NCBI GenBank assembly: GCA_964106645.2 | Contig: OZ067038.1 | Length of the DNA stretch: 64,000 bases | Direction: 5' to 3' (one strand) | DNA from: Podarcis pityusensis | Lineage: Eukaryota | Shown here: positions 52,901 to 64,000 of the stretch, one piece after another | How positions within the stretch are numbered: position 1 is the stretch's first letter | Layout of the letters: every line of letters starts with the position of its first letter | The notes under the pieces: generated by a model | What the model was told of the DNA's origin: nothing | Seen by the model: the letters and a program-made list of their open reading frames with translations, nothing else | Databases searched by the model: none | Position numbers and translations under genes: made by a program

Positions 52901-54868
52901 TCTCTCCACACTCCACCATTAGAAAACAAGTAAATACCTAAGGGCTGCAAGAGAGGACTTATCAGAGTGGTTGAACTTGATTATAAAAATATAAATAGCA
53001 CATTAAGTGCCAGCCCTGTATTGCCAAGGCTCTGAATTTAGATGTTAGTCATAACGGAAAAACTACCGTATATCCTGACTTAAAGGATCCTCCTACAATT
53101 TTTATGTGAGTAGCTTAGGCTGCAATCCTACAGACACTTGGAGTAAGTCACGTGGACATTTATATTACAGTACGGTTAATTTTGTGGCCTTCATTGTTAT
53201 TCACAAAACAACAAAGTCTGGATGTATGAGAAAGGAAAGAAAGGAAAAATAGTTTTTATAAACTATGTCTTATCATAATTCTATGGAGAATCATACATGC
53301 ACATGAGGGCTTTCTGGGTCAGTCCTGAGGAACGGCCATAGCTCTTTGGTACAGCAACTGATTTGCATGAGGTTCCCAGGTCCAGTTCCTGGCAGGCCTG
53401 GGGAAGAGTCCTCTCTCAGACTCTGTAGAGCCTCTTCCAGTCAGTACTGTATAGGCAATACTGTTTCCCTTTAGAAAGTATTCCTTGCTGTTAAAGAATT
53501 CTTTTTGCAATTGGAGGATTCTGCTGCATACATTAATCTTTTTGAGCAGAAAGCAGCAGGTCTTCAGGGCAAGATGGTGCAAATGGTGAGAAACAACATC
53601 AAGACAAAATATTCTATCAGCGAGCACAAAGTAACCAAGTCAGCCCCCACCCTGTGCAAGCAAGATAGATGTATCTAGCAATAGTGCCTCTGGCATGACA
53701 TCAGTGTCAGCACAGAAGAGCAAGCTGACAAATCAAGTCAGTCTTCATGAAGGCATCTTAAAGTGCAAATCTTCTAAAATGTCCAGGCCTACTTCATCCC
53801 AGTCATGGACTAATGGTGCAGTTCTAACCACATCTACTCAGACGTAATTCCTATTGAATTCAACAGAACTTACTCCCAGGAAAGTAGCTTTAGGATTTCA
53901 GCTAACTTATATTACAGTATCTTCAAATCCTTGTTTATAGTTATTTCCTCCCTCCCATTTCCTGATGTAAAATTAACATATATGCCTTTTCTATATTTGG
54001 ATGTAACTGTCAATCTCATTTGGATATTTTTTGGCACAGATTGGCTGCCTATATTAATAGATATGTTTAAAGTAGGGTTGATGTATTATGCTCATTGCTA
54101 ATGTGAGCCAATGTTGTTTATTTCTATTTGCAATAAAAATAACATATAGTTTTTATTTTTAAAAAACCATTTTTAGATTTAAAAAAGTTTGTTGAAGTTT
54201 AGAGACTTTATTTACTTTACTCACATAATCTGTGCTAATTGTTCTGAACATGTTAAACCATTCATATTATGTTACTAATGCGGGAGGGGGGTCCAAATGG
54301 CCCTTCTGTGCGTTTGACGCTAGCACAGGCTGAAACCGGCATCCTACAAAATCCACCCTCTCAGAAATAGTCAGAGCAACACTCTACTTAGGTAATGCTC
54401 AGCTGAGGTGAAAGGAGCACCATGTCTTACTAGCTTGCATTGGAAGATGTGTGCATGTTGGTATTATGGAGTTGGCAGTGAGAGGATGGACGTAGTTCTA
54501 TGCCCTCCAGGGTAACAGCCAGCTCTGGTATAGATCTGGACTCTGCTCAGGTAAGAGAGGAGTATTAGATTGTCCAGTGGGTGGGTGGGGAACTATGACT
54601 CCCTGGTGCTTCAGATATTAGGATAGCAATGTATTGCATATGTGTAAGCTTGGCAGTGACCCTTTGTATGTGGGTTGTAATACTGCTTAGTGTGAGTGGT
54701 TCATGTATGCGTGGTTGATAGAGGTAATGTTTGAGGTTGTGAATAGTTATAGTGGCTGTGTGAAATGGATGGTGAGTGAAATTGGCTGAGTGGATGCATC
54801 TATGTTGTGTTTATTGGAATTTTATATTATACTGCCTTGTACTGCTCTCTGACTTTATTGTTTATATA

Positions 54869-55122
54869 CAGTGGTACCTTGGTTTACAAACTTAATCCGT
54901 TCCGGAAGTCTGTTCTTAAACCAAAGTGTTCTTAAACCAAGGCGTGCTTTCCCATAGCAGCGGGGGACTCAATTTACAAATGGAACACACTCAACAGGAA
55001 GCAGAATATGTTCTGGTTCCAAGGCAAAGTTCACAAACCAGGTTTGCAGCATTCTTAATCCAAGTCTTAATCCAGCGTTCTTAATTCATAAACGAAGCTG
55101 TTCTTAAACCAAGGTACCACTG
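54869..55122. mobile_element. Tc1/mariner MITE, different internal subfamily
   Basis: TA|CAGTGGTACCTTGGTTTA ... TAAACCAAGGTACCACTG|TA, inserted in a LINE-type 3' tail. Confidence 0.9.
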
Positions 55123-55264
55123 TATATTGTTATGTGAATCATTTAACATGGTTTTATTGAAGTGTGTGTGCGCAAGCATGCATATGTATTTATTGTAAAC
55201 TGCTTTGAGAGCTTTCAGATAGTAAGTGGTCAACATATGGAAATAATAATATTTTAAACATATA

Positions 55265-55511
55265 CAGTGATACCTCAGGTTAGGAACTTACTGTAATTCG
55301 TTCTGGAGGTCCGTTCTTAACTTGAAACTGTTCTTAACCTGAAGCACCACTTTAGCTAATGGAGCCTCCCGCTGCCGCCACACCGCCGCCACGCAATTTC
55401 TGTTCTCATCCTGAGGTAAAGTTCTTAACCCTAGGTACTATTTCTGGGTTAGCGGAGTCTGTAACCTGAAGCATCTGTAACCTGAAGCATCTGTAACCCA
55501 AGGTACCACTG
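55265..55511. mobile_element. Tc1/mariner (Tigger-like) MITE
   Basis: TA|CAGTGATACCTCAGGTT ... AAGGTACCACTG|TA. Confidence 0.92.
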
Positions 55512-55554
55512 TATATCCTGCTTTTCCTGCAAGCAGCTCAAGATTGCACACATG

Positions 55555-55692
55555 GTTTCTCTTTCATCCTTACAACAACCCTGAGAGGTAGATGAGGCTG
55601 AGAGAAGGTGGCTAACCCAAGGTCAGCCAGTGAATTCATAGCTGAGTGGAGATTTGAACCCTGACCTCCCAGGCTCTGATCCTTACACTACA
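55555..55692 (-). mobile_element. CORE (MIR-like) SINE fragment
   Basis: CCTTACAACAACCCTGAGAGGTAG...CCCAAGGTCAGCCAG...GATTTGAACCC. Confidence 0.7.
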
Positions 55693-56174
55693 CATTATGT
55701 CTTCAGATTTTACTACATACAGCAGACATTTTTCACCATTGCATCTTAAAATAACCTTTGCAAAAAACTAATTTCAGCCAAAGAGTAGGATTTCTGTTAA
55801 AGGCCTTACATTTGCTGATGGGAAATCAATTTTACTGTTAAAAAAAAAATCACCCTTGCCTTCTTTTTCCAATTCATTTCCGGGCCCCAGCTCAAGGAAT
55901 CCTGCATTCCTAAAGTATAATATTCAACAAAGAAACAACAATTCTTAACTGCAGCTGAATACACATACAAACATGGAAATGGAAAGATACAAGAAGTCAG
56001 ACCGGGAGTTGATAAGCCTGCAAAGAACTGCAGGGAATTAATTAATGTTTCCAAACTGAAACTTAAGAGTAGTACAAACAACCTTGTTAAACCTGTTGTT
56101 GCAAAGTGATCAGGCAGTAGTTAGACTGAAAATGTTTAGGCTAAAAGGCCTGATGAATGAAGAGCACAGGAGCA

Positions 56175-56370
56175 CAGAACCATTTAGGAAGCTGCCTTAT
56201 ACCGAGTCAGACTATTGGTTCATCATGCTCAATATTGTCCATAGTGACTGTCACCGGCTCTCCAGGATTCCAGGCAAGAGTCTCTCCCAGCCCTACCTGG
56301 AGAGGCCAGGGATTTGAACATGGGAACTTCTTCAAGCAAGGCAGATCCTCTACCACTGAGCTATAGCCCC
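56175..56370 (-). mobile_element. tRNA-derived SINE, same family as 36781
   Basis: Minus strand GGGGCTATAGCTCAGTGGTAGAG...GTTCAAATCCC and tail CTGACTCGGTATAAGGCAGCTTCCTA. Confidence 0.8.
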
Positions 56371-56643
56371 TCCACTTGCTGTAGAGTTCCAAATATGCTG
56401 ATGAACAGAAAGTATTTAGTACAAAATACCACTGGCTACTAAGAAAGAAAGAAGATATGGCATTCTGTATAGAGATTTAAGAACATAAAAACCATACTGG
56501 ATCAGATAAAAGGCTCGCTTAGCCCAGCATCCTGTTCTCACGGTGGCCAGCTAGATAACTTGATGGCTAAGGGAAGTTCACAAGCAGGATCTGAGCACAA
56601 CAGTTTTCTTCTCACTTGATTGCCAGCAACTGGTACACAAATA

Positions 56644-56885
56644 CATTGGTACCTCAGGTTACATACTCTTCTGGTTACATACGCTTCAGGTTACAGACTC
56701 CGCCAACCCAGAAATAGTGCTTCAGGTTAAGAACTTTGCTTCAGGATGAGAACAGAAATCGGGCTCCGGTGGCACGGCGGCAGCAGGAGGCCCCATTAGC
56801 TAAAGTGCTGCTTCAGGTTAAGTACAGTTTCAGGTTAAGAACAGACCTCTGGAACGAATTAAGTACTTAACCTGAGGTACCACTG
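56644..56885. mobile_element. Tc1/mariner (Tigger-like) MITE nested in a CR1 3' fragment
   Basis: TA|CATTGGTACCTCAGGTT ... TGAGGTACCACTG|TA. Confidence 0.92.
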
Positions 56886-57441
56886 TACATGCTTTTGAGA
56901 CAACCACTGCACATATACAGATGACAGCTTAATGGATAGGAGTTCTAGGGGCACTGCAGGGACAAGGAAACCCGAAAATATAATACACATTAGGTGTAGA
57001 CATTCCCGCCCCCAACTCTTGTGTGAACAACACTGTTCAAATGTGGCTTCAGATGCAACAAAGAGGGAACAACTTCACTGGGTTTTAAGTCACTAATGTG
57101 AACATACAAGAGCCTGCAAGTCTTCCTTTTTCTCTCTGCATCTCTTATCTTATTCTACAACTTCTGTAGAGCTTTCAGCAACTCCACCTCTGCCTGTCCC
57201 CACAACAACTCATCTTAAAATACTCTTCACACCATTTTTGAATGTGTATAGAGCAGAAAGTAGGATCTCTATTACTAGCACCCTCTGGCTCCACACACAC
57301 AGAGCACGTGCTTGGAAAAGAGCCTACATAGGACGTGTGTGACCTAGAAGCCTGCCTGTTCAAGGGTCCCTGGATCTCTACACATGCACTTTGTACATGT
57401 ACATTTTCCCAGGTTAAGCTGACTGCACGTTTGATTGATTT

Positions 57442-57557
57442 ACATGACCCAGAAGCTGTACACCAGCTCCCTCAGCCAGTAAAGTGAGATGAGCGCCACA
57501 ACCCCAGAGTCGGCCACGACTGGACCTAATGGTCAGGGGTCCCTTTACCTTTACCTT
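57442..57557 (+). mobile_element. Sauria SINE 3' fragment
   Basis: GAGATGAGCGCCACAACCCCAGAGTC...GGGGTCCCTTTACCTTTACCTT. Confidence 0.88.
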
Positions 57558-59314
57558 ACTATATTTGGGGAGCTGGAAGTTGGTGGTTTATTTCCGTTAT
57601 TTTATTTTTGTTGTGTTATATGATGCTAAACTTCTGCAAGAGCTTCATCTCATTCAGACTCAACAATCCACACGCAGTTCACATTACTTCCATTTGAAAG
57701 AGACCTTTCTGTCACATTGCAGAGGCTAATGAAAAGAAGACAAACTAGAGTTTTTAATGAAAACTGTGCTACACTTTGTCCTGCTTGCATCTGTCTGAAC
57801 AATTAAAAAATTCTTAAGTCATAATTATATCACTATCTTAATTAATCAGATCCTCCTGTTTTGGATCAGGGTATTATCTGCCCTTGATGTTGCCTATATA
57901 CATCATGCATTGCAGCCTCTGTCTGCTCTAAGTTTTGATTGAAAATGTTTATTGAAGTTAGTTCTGCCGTTCCAGCACAGAGAACATTTCCTTTGATGTT
58001 TAGGAGAGACTATATGGCTGTAACCTCTGCACAAGTGACATTACTATCCCCCATCCTGCAATTATATGCACAGACAGTGGCCTAGGAAGAAAATAGACAC
58101 CCCTTATTTTGCAGCAGCATCTACAACTTAAACTCCTTAATAGGTATAATGCACATAACTTGCCATTTTGAGTTAATGCCGAATTTTCACTCTGCAGAAA
58201 ACAGCTGGAGGTTTTTTGCCAATTCCTTCAGATTGGATCAGTGATGCAAAAAACCTCAGCACAATGTAAACTGAAAAGAGAGGTTTAAGAGTGCAGCTAC
58301 TGTACGCATTAACAGCACAGCATGCCTAAAATAATCCCACAGACCAAAACACACTGCCAACAATGTTTTCATTACTGCTTGGTCTACCCCAACACCTTTG
58401 AAACAGATGTGAGCACAGCCGAGCATCAGGGATTGATTTGTTTTGTCTAAGCTGAACTTGAACACTAGGGGGCAAAGCTGAATTCTACATAATATGTCTG
58501 CATGGGGGCATTTTCAGGGGATCTGAGGCACTCATTCAGTTTACCCAGACACTAATTGTCCCATGCACCTTGAGCTCAGCTGCTATTTACTATTCAGCGC
58601 TGGCAAGAACAGCACTATCTATGTCATCCAAACAATGGTGTTTAGGCACAGTGTGGTGCAATGCCCTAGAATCCCTTTCCCCCTCCTGGAGGAATACTGC
58701 TGTGTTTCTGATTTGGAGCTAAAGCATTCAACAGGAGGTGAGGAGCGTTCCAGTACAGCTGTATGCTATTATTTCTTGTTAGTCAAAGGCAAGATACAGG
58801 ATCAGCATGCATCTCCTGCAGCTAGACTGTACTATTCAGAAGACTGAAACTGTGATCACATGTTTGAATGCTTCCTCATGTAGTAATAATAATAATGAAA
58901 TAATGTGCTTAAGAAAGTAGGTCATCATGGAGGCTAGATGTCTCACTAGATTTGTATTTACAGGAGGGGTGGGTGGGTGTTGGACTACAACTCCCATCAT
59001 CCCTGATTGTTGGCGATGCTGGGTTGGACTGATAGGGAAGTCCAACAACACCTGAGATATATGAACATTCCTAGTTACAGTCTGAATTGTTACACTTCCG
59101 GAACAGATATTTATCAGGTGCTTTGTTTCCTGGTGTTTCCCTATGTAAGTTTAAACTGGCTTTCTGTTAATCGGTTTCTAACATGAATGTAAGACCTATA
59201 TAATAGTCATATTTGTGGAGTTCACATTAAATTTCTGTTGTGAATTCTGTCCATATTCAGACTGGCAGGAAACATGTCTGTACTACTCTAAGCAAAGTAC
59301 AGGCTTGCATCTTT

Positions 59315-59446
59315 GCTCAGTCAGTAGAGCACGAGACCCTTAAGCTCAGGGTCGTTCAAGCCCCACAGTGGGCAAAAGATTTCTGCATTGCAGGCAGTTG
59401 GACTAGATGACCCTTGTGTTCCATTCCAATTCTACAATTCTATGAT
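59315..59446 (+). mobile_element. tRNA(Lys)-like SINE with CR1-derived 3' tail
   Basis: GCTCAGTCAGTAGAGCACGAGACCCTTAA...GTTCAAGCCCC head; the tail TTGGACTAGATGACCCTTGTG...TTCCAATTCTACAATTCTATGAT matches the CR1 3'UTR at 36669-36738. Confidence 0.85.
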
Positions 59447-59672
59447 CTGTTGTAATTTCTTCATTTTGTCCTAACACTTTACATTATTGAATCAAAGTTA
59501 TCCAAGGTTTCAACTAACATTTTTGTGCCCAATATATATCCAGCACACAAAGTGATATGTGCATCCCTATTCTGAATTCTTTTAGTTCCAGATTTTATTT
59601 CTTTTACTATAAACGTTCTACAACATGGTGTACTCCCATCAAAATAACATTGTGACAATGGATAGATCTCAT

Positions 59673-60223
59673 TGTAGCAGGCCAGCCCAATCTCCAAACG
59701 GTGTGAGATTCCAGGGGTTTCAGGCACTTACCCAGGGTTTCGTGTTTCCTTTTGGAAATGAGGCGCAGAAGAGACCGTGGTGTCTTTATGATATATGGTT
59801 TATATACACATACAAACAACCTGAGCCTATGATGGAGGGGCTCACAGCATTAACATCCAAAGAGGGAGGGCATTGCTTTCCCCATAGCCACAGCCTTGGA
59901 TACTAATAGAAATCAAACATCCCTCAGGCTTTCTTTGGCTTCCCAGTCTGCAGCTTTTTCTTCTAGCTTCTAGCTTCTAGCTCACATCACTGAACTCTCA
60001 GCTATCGCCTTTGTCATTTTAACTACCAGCCAGTTGAGGGAGGGGACCGCATCCATTTGTCATCTAGCCCAGAGCCACTTCCTTTGTTCCCCTTAATGGC
60101 CCATTACCTATGCTGTAACCTCACCAGGAAGCTAGCTTGGCTATTCCAGGAATTACAAGGAGACCCAAACATTACAAGGGTCTTGGCATACAGCCCACCC
60201 CACTCCCCCACAAACTCATAACA
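59673..60223 (-). mobile_element. Probable solo LTR (ERV-like)
   Basis: TGT...ACA termini, flanks TCAT/TTAT (4-bp TSD with one mismatch), LTR-like length. Orientation is inferred. Confidence 0.55.
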
Positions 60224-60270
60224 TTATATTTAGTCCCTCTTTTACAGCCATCCAAGTTGGTGGATATCAC

Positions 60271-60360
60271 TATAGCTGTCAACTTTTCCCATTTTTAAAG
60301 GGAAATTCCCTTATTCCGAATAGGATTCCTCTCAAGAAAAGGGAAAAGTTGACAGCTATG
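60271..60360. mobile_element. 90-bp palindromic MITE with 8-bp TSD (hAT/P-like)
   Basis: TIR (T/C)ATAGCTGTCAACTTTTCCC / GGGAAAAGTTGACAGCTATG, TSD GATATCAC at 60263-60270 and 60361-60368. Confidence 0.9.
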
Positions 60361-60429
60361 GATATCACTGCATCCAGTGAGAGTGTGTTTCATAGTTTAA
60401 ATATGTGTTGTGTGACATATATGTATATA

Positions 60430-60636
60430 CAGTCGTACCTCAGCTCCCGAATGATTGAAAACCGGAAAAGAGTGTTCAGGTTTGCGAACTATTTTTGGAA
60501 GTCGAATATCTGACAGGGCTTCTGCGGCTTCTGATTGGCTGCAGGAGCTTCCTGCAGCCAATCAGAACCTGCACGTTGGTTTCCAAACGTTTTGGAAGTC
60601 GAATGGACTTCTGGAACAACTTCTGAGGTACGACTG
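60430..60636. mobile_element. Tc1/mariner MITE, CAGTCGTACC-type TIR
   Basis: TA|CAGTCGTACCTCAG ... CTGAGGTACGACTG|TA, with central palindrome TTCTGATTGGCTGCAGGA...TCCTGCAGCCAATCAGAA. Confidence 0.9.
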
Positions 60637-60968
60637 TATTGTTTTTCAACCCAGATCAAGGCTGTGGACATTTTCCTCTCCTCTCCCTTTTTATATTTGC
60701 AACAGCCCTGCGAGGTAGGCCAGGATACGTTACTACATGCACATAAGCACCAGTTATTGTCAACAGATGGGGGCTGGATGAGGATGCAGGGGGCTCAATC
60801 CACACTCAGTGTACCGGCCCTTGGAATTCTGTTGGCTTCTCTGCTGCCTTGTCCTTTATACAACAGCAAGATCACAACAACCATTTGAAGAAGCCCTTCC
60901 TGACTGCCTCAAAGTTCTCTCATATGCATTTCGTTTCCACAGGAACTAAGCCTGCTAAGATAGAGGTA

Positions 60969-61156
60969 CAGTGGTACCTCGGGTTACAAACACTTTGGGT
61001 TACAGACTCTGCTAATCTGGAAGTAGTACCTCGGGTTAAGAACTTTACCTCAGAATGAGAACAGAAATCGCACGGCGGCGGCGGCAGCAGGAGGCCCCAT
61101 TAGCTAAAGTGGTACCTCAGGTTAAGAATGGTTTCAGGTTAAGAACGGACCTCCGG
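60969..61156. mobile_element. Tc1/mariner (Tigger-like) MITE, one end missing
   Basis: TA|CAGTGGTACCTCGGGTTA; body matches the 38485 copy and stops after AACGGACCTCCGG. Confidence 0.88.
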
Positions 61157-61370
61157 TAATCTGGAACACTGCTCCTGTTGAAAGCAGACAGGCAGCTACA
61201 ATTCTGACATTTTATTGCTTGCCAAGAACAATTTTGCTTTATCAAGCATTTTTAGAAAATGAATTTGATTTGTTGGTCATTTGTTATGTTGTTGTTTTTA
61301 TCTTACAGTTTTATGATGATTGAATTATTTTATTGTACACCACCATTACTTTTCTTAAGGAGTTGGTGGT

Positions 61371-62132
61371 TGTCAGGGGTTCAGGAGCAGAGGCAAGGGC
61401 AAGGGAGGAAACAGAGAGCGAGGGGGAGGAGGCAGAAGAAAAGATGAGTGATGACGACGACCCGAGATCTCCGAGTCTTTCCAGTGAATCAGAAGATTCA
61501 CAGAAAGGAGCACCAGTGGCCAGGGCAAGGGGGAAGCCTAGGGGGACACCCCAGGAAGATAGAGCCAGAGGGGACTCAGAGGGGAGCAGTTGGAAATCGG
61601 GACCAGCGTCACCGCCAGAGAGCAGGGAAGAGGAAGGGCGCCAGGGATCAAGCGCTGGCAGCTCACAACAGGGGGGAGGGCACGAGTCAGGAGTGGCCAC
61701 ACCTCCATCGGGGAGCGAAGAAACGGTCAGACGGAAGGTGGAAGGTTGGGCGCGCGCGACAAGTTCAAATGCACAGGAAGGTGGCGCAGTAGGCAGCCCG
61801 GAAAGGGAGCCAGGTCCTAAAGCCCGCCGAAAGGAGGGAGAAGAGTCAGGGGGGTCAGCGTCAGCGTCAGAGGAATCCCGGAAGGAAGAGACCCCGGGGG
61901 GCAGAGGGACCCAGAGAAGAACAGTCAGGCGGAAAAGGTGGAGCAAGGCTAGGATATTAAGTTGGTGTACAAGGGGCGGAGACTCAGATGGAGCTTCGCC
62001 GATCTAACCATTAGACGTAGGGTTGCACGCAGCAGCTTGAGAATGGAAACTGTAACTCAATAAAGACTTTTATTTAATGATCGCTGGCTAGCGTGATCCT
62101 CTGTGAGCTAGGATCTGGAAGCAACTCTGACA
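61371..62132 (+). mobile_element. Solo LTR (Gypsy/Ty3-like by its 5-bp TSD), 762 bp
   Basis: TGTCAG...CTGACA inverted termini, perfect GTGGT TSD (61366-61370 and 62133-62137), AATAAA at 62059-62064. It interrupts an older LINE-type 3' tail. Confidence 0.9.
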
Positions 62133-64000
62133 GTGGTTTATAAATATTCTTACAAATAAGTAAAGAATAATAAACAGCAGCAGCCACCCCCAATACAGGA
62201 CCTACGAAAATCAGTATGGAGGACAATATTCCTAAACAATTGAGACGTAGTACATTACACACATAGCAGTTCAGAACCCAGAAAGACAATTAAAAACAGT
62301 AACCAGCTGCAATGATCTATAAATGGGGAGTCCATCATATCCTTTATTATTCTAACAACATATCTGAGTGTCCTTTTGAATTGAGGAACTGGAACACATT
62401 GACAAAGAACTCCTTTAGCATACAAAGTAAAATCTAACTGCCAAATAAAATCTAATTGCATTAGTTCTTCTTTCCTTCTTTCAGGGGCAATTGTCCCCTT
62501 CCTGTTGTGTAGCTGCCAAAGGATCTAGCCTAGTAAGAAGTTTGCTACTTTGGTATTTGGCCTGCAGGAAAACAGCACCTATAAAGTTTACTAATCTTGC
62601 CATTAGCTGGCAGCTTGGGTTTTTTTCTTCCATATCTCTCTGTCTCTCTCCAATAATCAAGCTGGGTCACTGTTTTATGACAGCACTTAGCTTAATTTCT
62701 CCCCTTTTTATTATTGTTGCGTATTCTGTTTCAGGGGGAATCTATCAAGTCAGATTACGTGCTTGCCTAAATGTTTAAAGAACGGAAACACATTATGTAT
62801 CTAGGTAACCAATTCCAAGACAGAACGGAAAAGCACAGCGCTGACAAATATAGTATGGCATGATTGCGAAGCTCCTTAAATAGGAAGCAAAGGAAGCCAA
62901 ATGTATTTTGTAAAACAAGCATTTAAAAGGCAGAAGCAGACATTATGAGAGATGCAGAGCTGCTGCCACTGTGTCTCCTTTCCTCCTCTTCTTCATACTG
63001 TCTAATTTCAAGGCAACATATGACATGGCATCATCACACAGCACATTGCTCTGCCCCACCTTACATCCTTGGCTGATGGCAGCAGGGGTGAAATGATTGT
63101 CAGTGGGTTTATTGTGACAGTACTCACTGGCATGGAGTGCTGACACCTCTTCTTCTTATGCTACCCTAGCATTTTTATCAAAATATGAATATTGAAACAT
63201 CCTTTTTTAAAAAACCAGAATACACCTCTGACTATCACAATGCAAGTCCATCCCATGATGTTCTGTGCTGAGCTACATGTTACAAGAGCCCTCTTCAGAC
63301 GTTACAAAGTTCTGATGATCAAGCACATAGGAGGCATCTTGCCCACAAACACCTAATGGACACTCCCAGCAGCTTCATATAGATATTAAATAGAATTGGG
63401 AATAAAATTGGTTGTTGGGCTATTGCAAAAATGCCCATTTGGGATTAAAATTGCAAAGGTGGGGAGGCTTACATTTTCACAATGACAATGTTGTGTGGCC
63501 AGTGCAAAACATTTTGAGGAACACCAATCCCACAATCAACACCCATCTAGAAACAACCTTAGTTTTAACTAATCAGGTCCACAGAATTTCTGTGCATTTG
63601 TTATTGGAGACATGCTGTATTTGATTACTTTAATGAAATCAATCAGCAAGTCAGACTAATTCAATAAATGTTATAAGCAAGGCCCCAAAGGAAGAGAGTG
63701 TTCTCTGTTTAGATCTGTTTATTATACACGGGACTATTTATATCAGGGAATAGATTAGATCCTCATGTGAGCTCTCAGCCAAGAGATTTTAGGTTTGAGT
63801 GTTTCCAGGAGTGGATGACTTAGTAGTACTAACCATTGCTTTTCTGCTTTAAGCTGGAAGAGAAGTAACAACGCTGCTTCCAGACTGCTCAGTAGCCAAC
63901 TGGGTAGTTCCACTTTCTTTAGCCCCAATGGTTGTGGGGGGGGGGGACAATTTTCATTGGGACAATGATGTGAGAGAAAATTGTTAAATATTCCTTCCCC

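Overview
Eukaryotic, repeat-rich, largely non-coding DNA from a squamate reptile. Sauria SINEs indicate a squamate; a lacertid lizard is my guess from the MITE and SINE content. I cannot recognise any host protein-coding exon, so this is probably a large intron or intergenic region with several enhancer-like unique stretches. The dominant feature is a young, 5'-truncated CR1 LINE (~32945-36738, +) with a partial SGNH-esterase ORF1 and an uninterrupted APE-endonuclease/RT ORF2. At its ORF1/ORF2 junction sits an in-frame U_UUA_AAC -1 frameshift heptamer. Other elements: a solo LTR with a 5-bp TSD carrying a long ORF, a fold-back Penelope-like insertion with a hammerhead ribozyme core, eight TA-targeting Tc1/mariner-type MITEs, hAT-type MITEs with 8-bp TSDs, Sauria and tRNA/CR1-tailed SINEs, L2 and L1 fragments, a heavily decayed L1/Tx1 ORF2 fossil and microsatellites. 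Family names come from recognised motifs, not from database searches.
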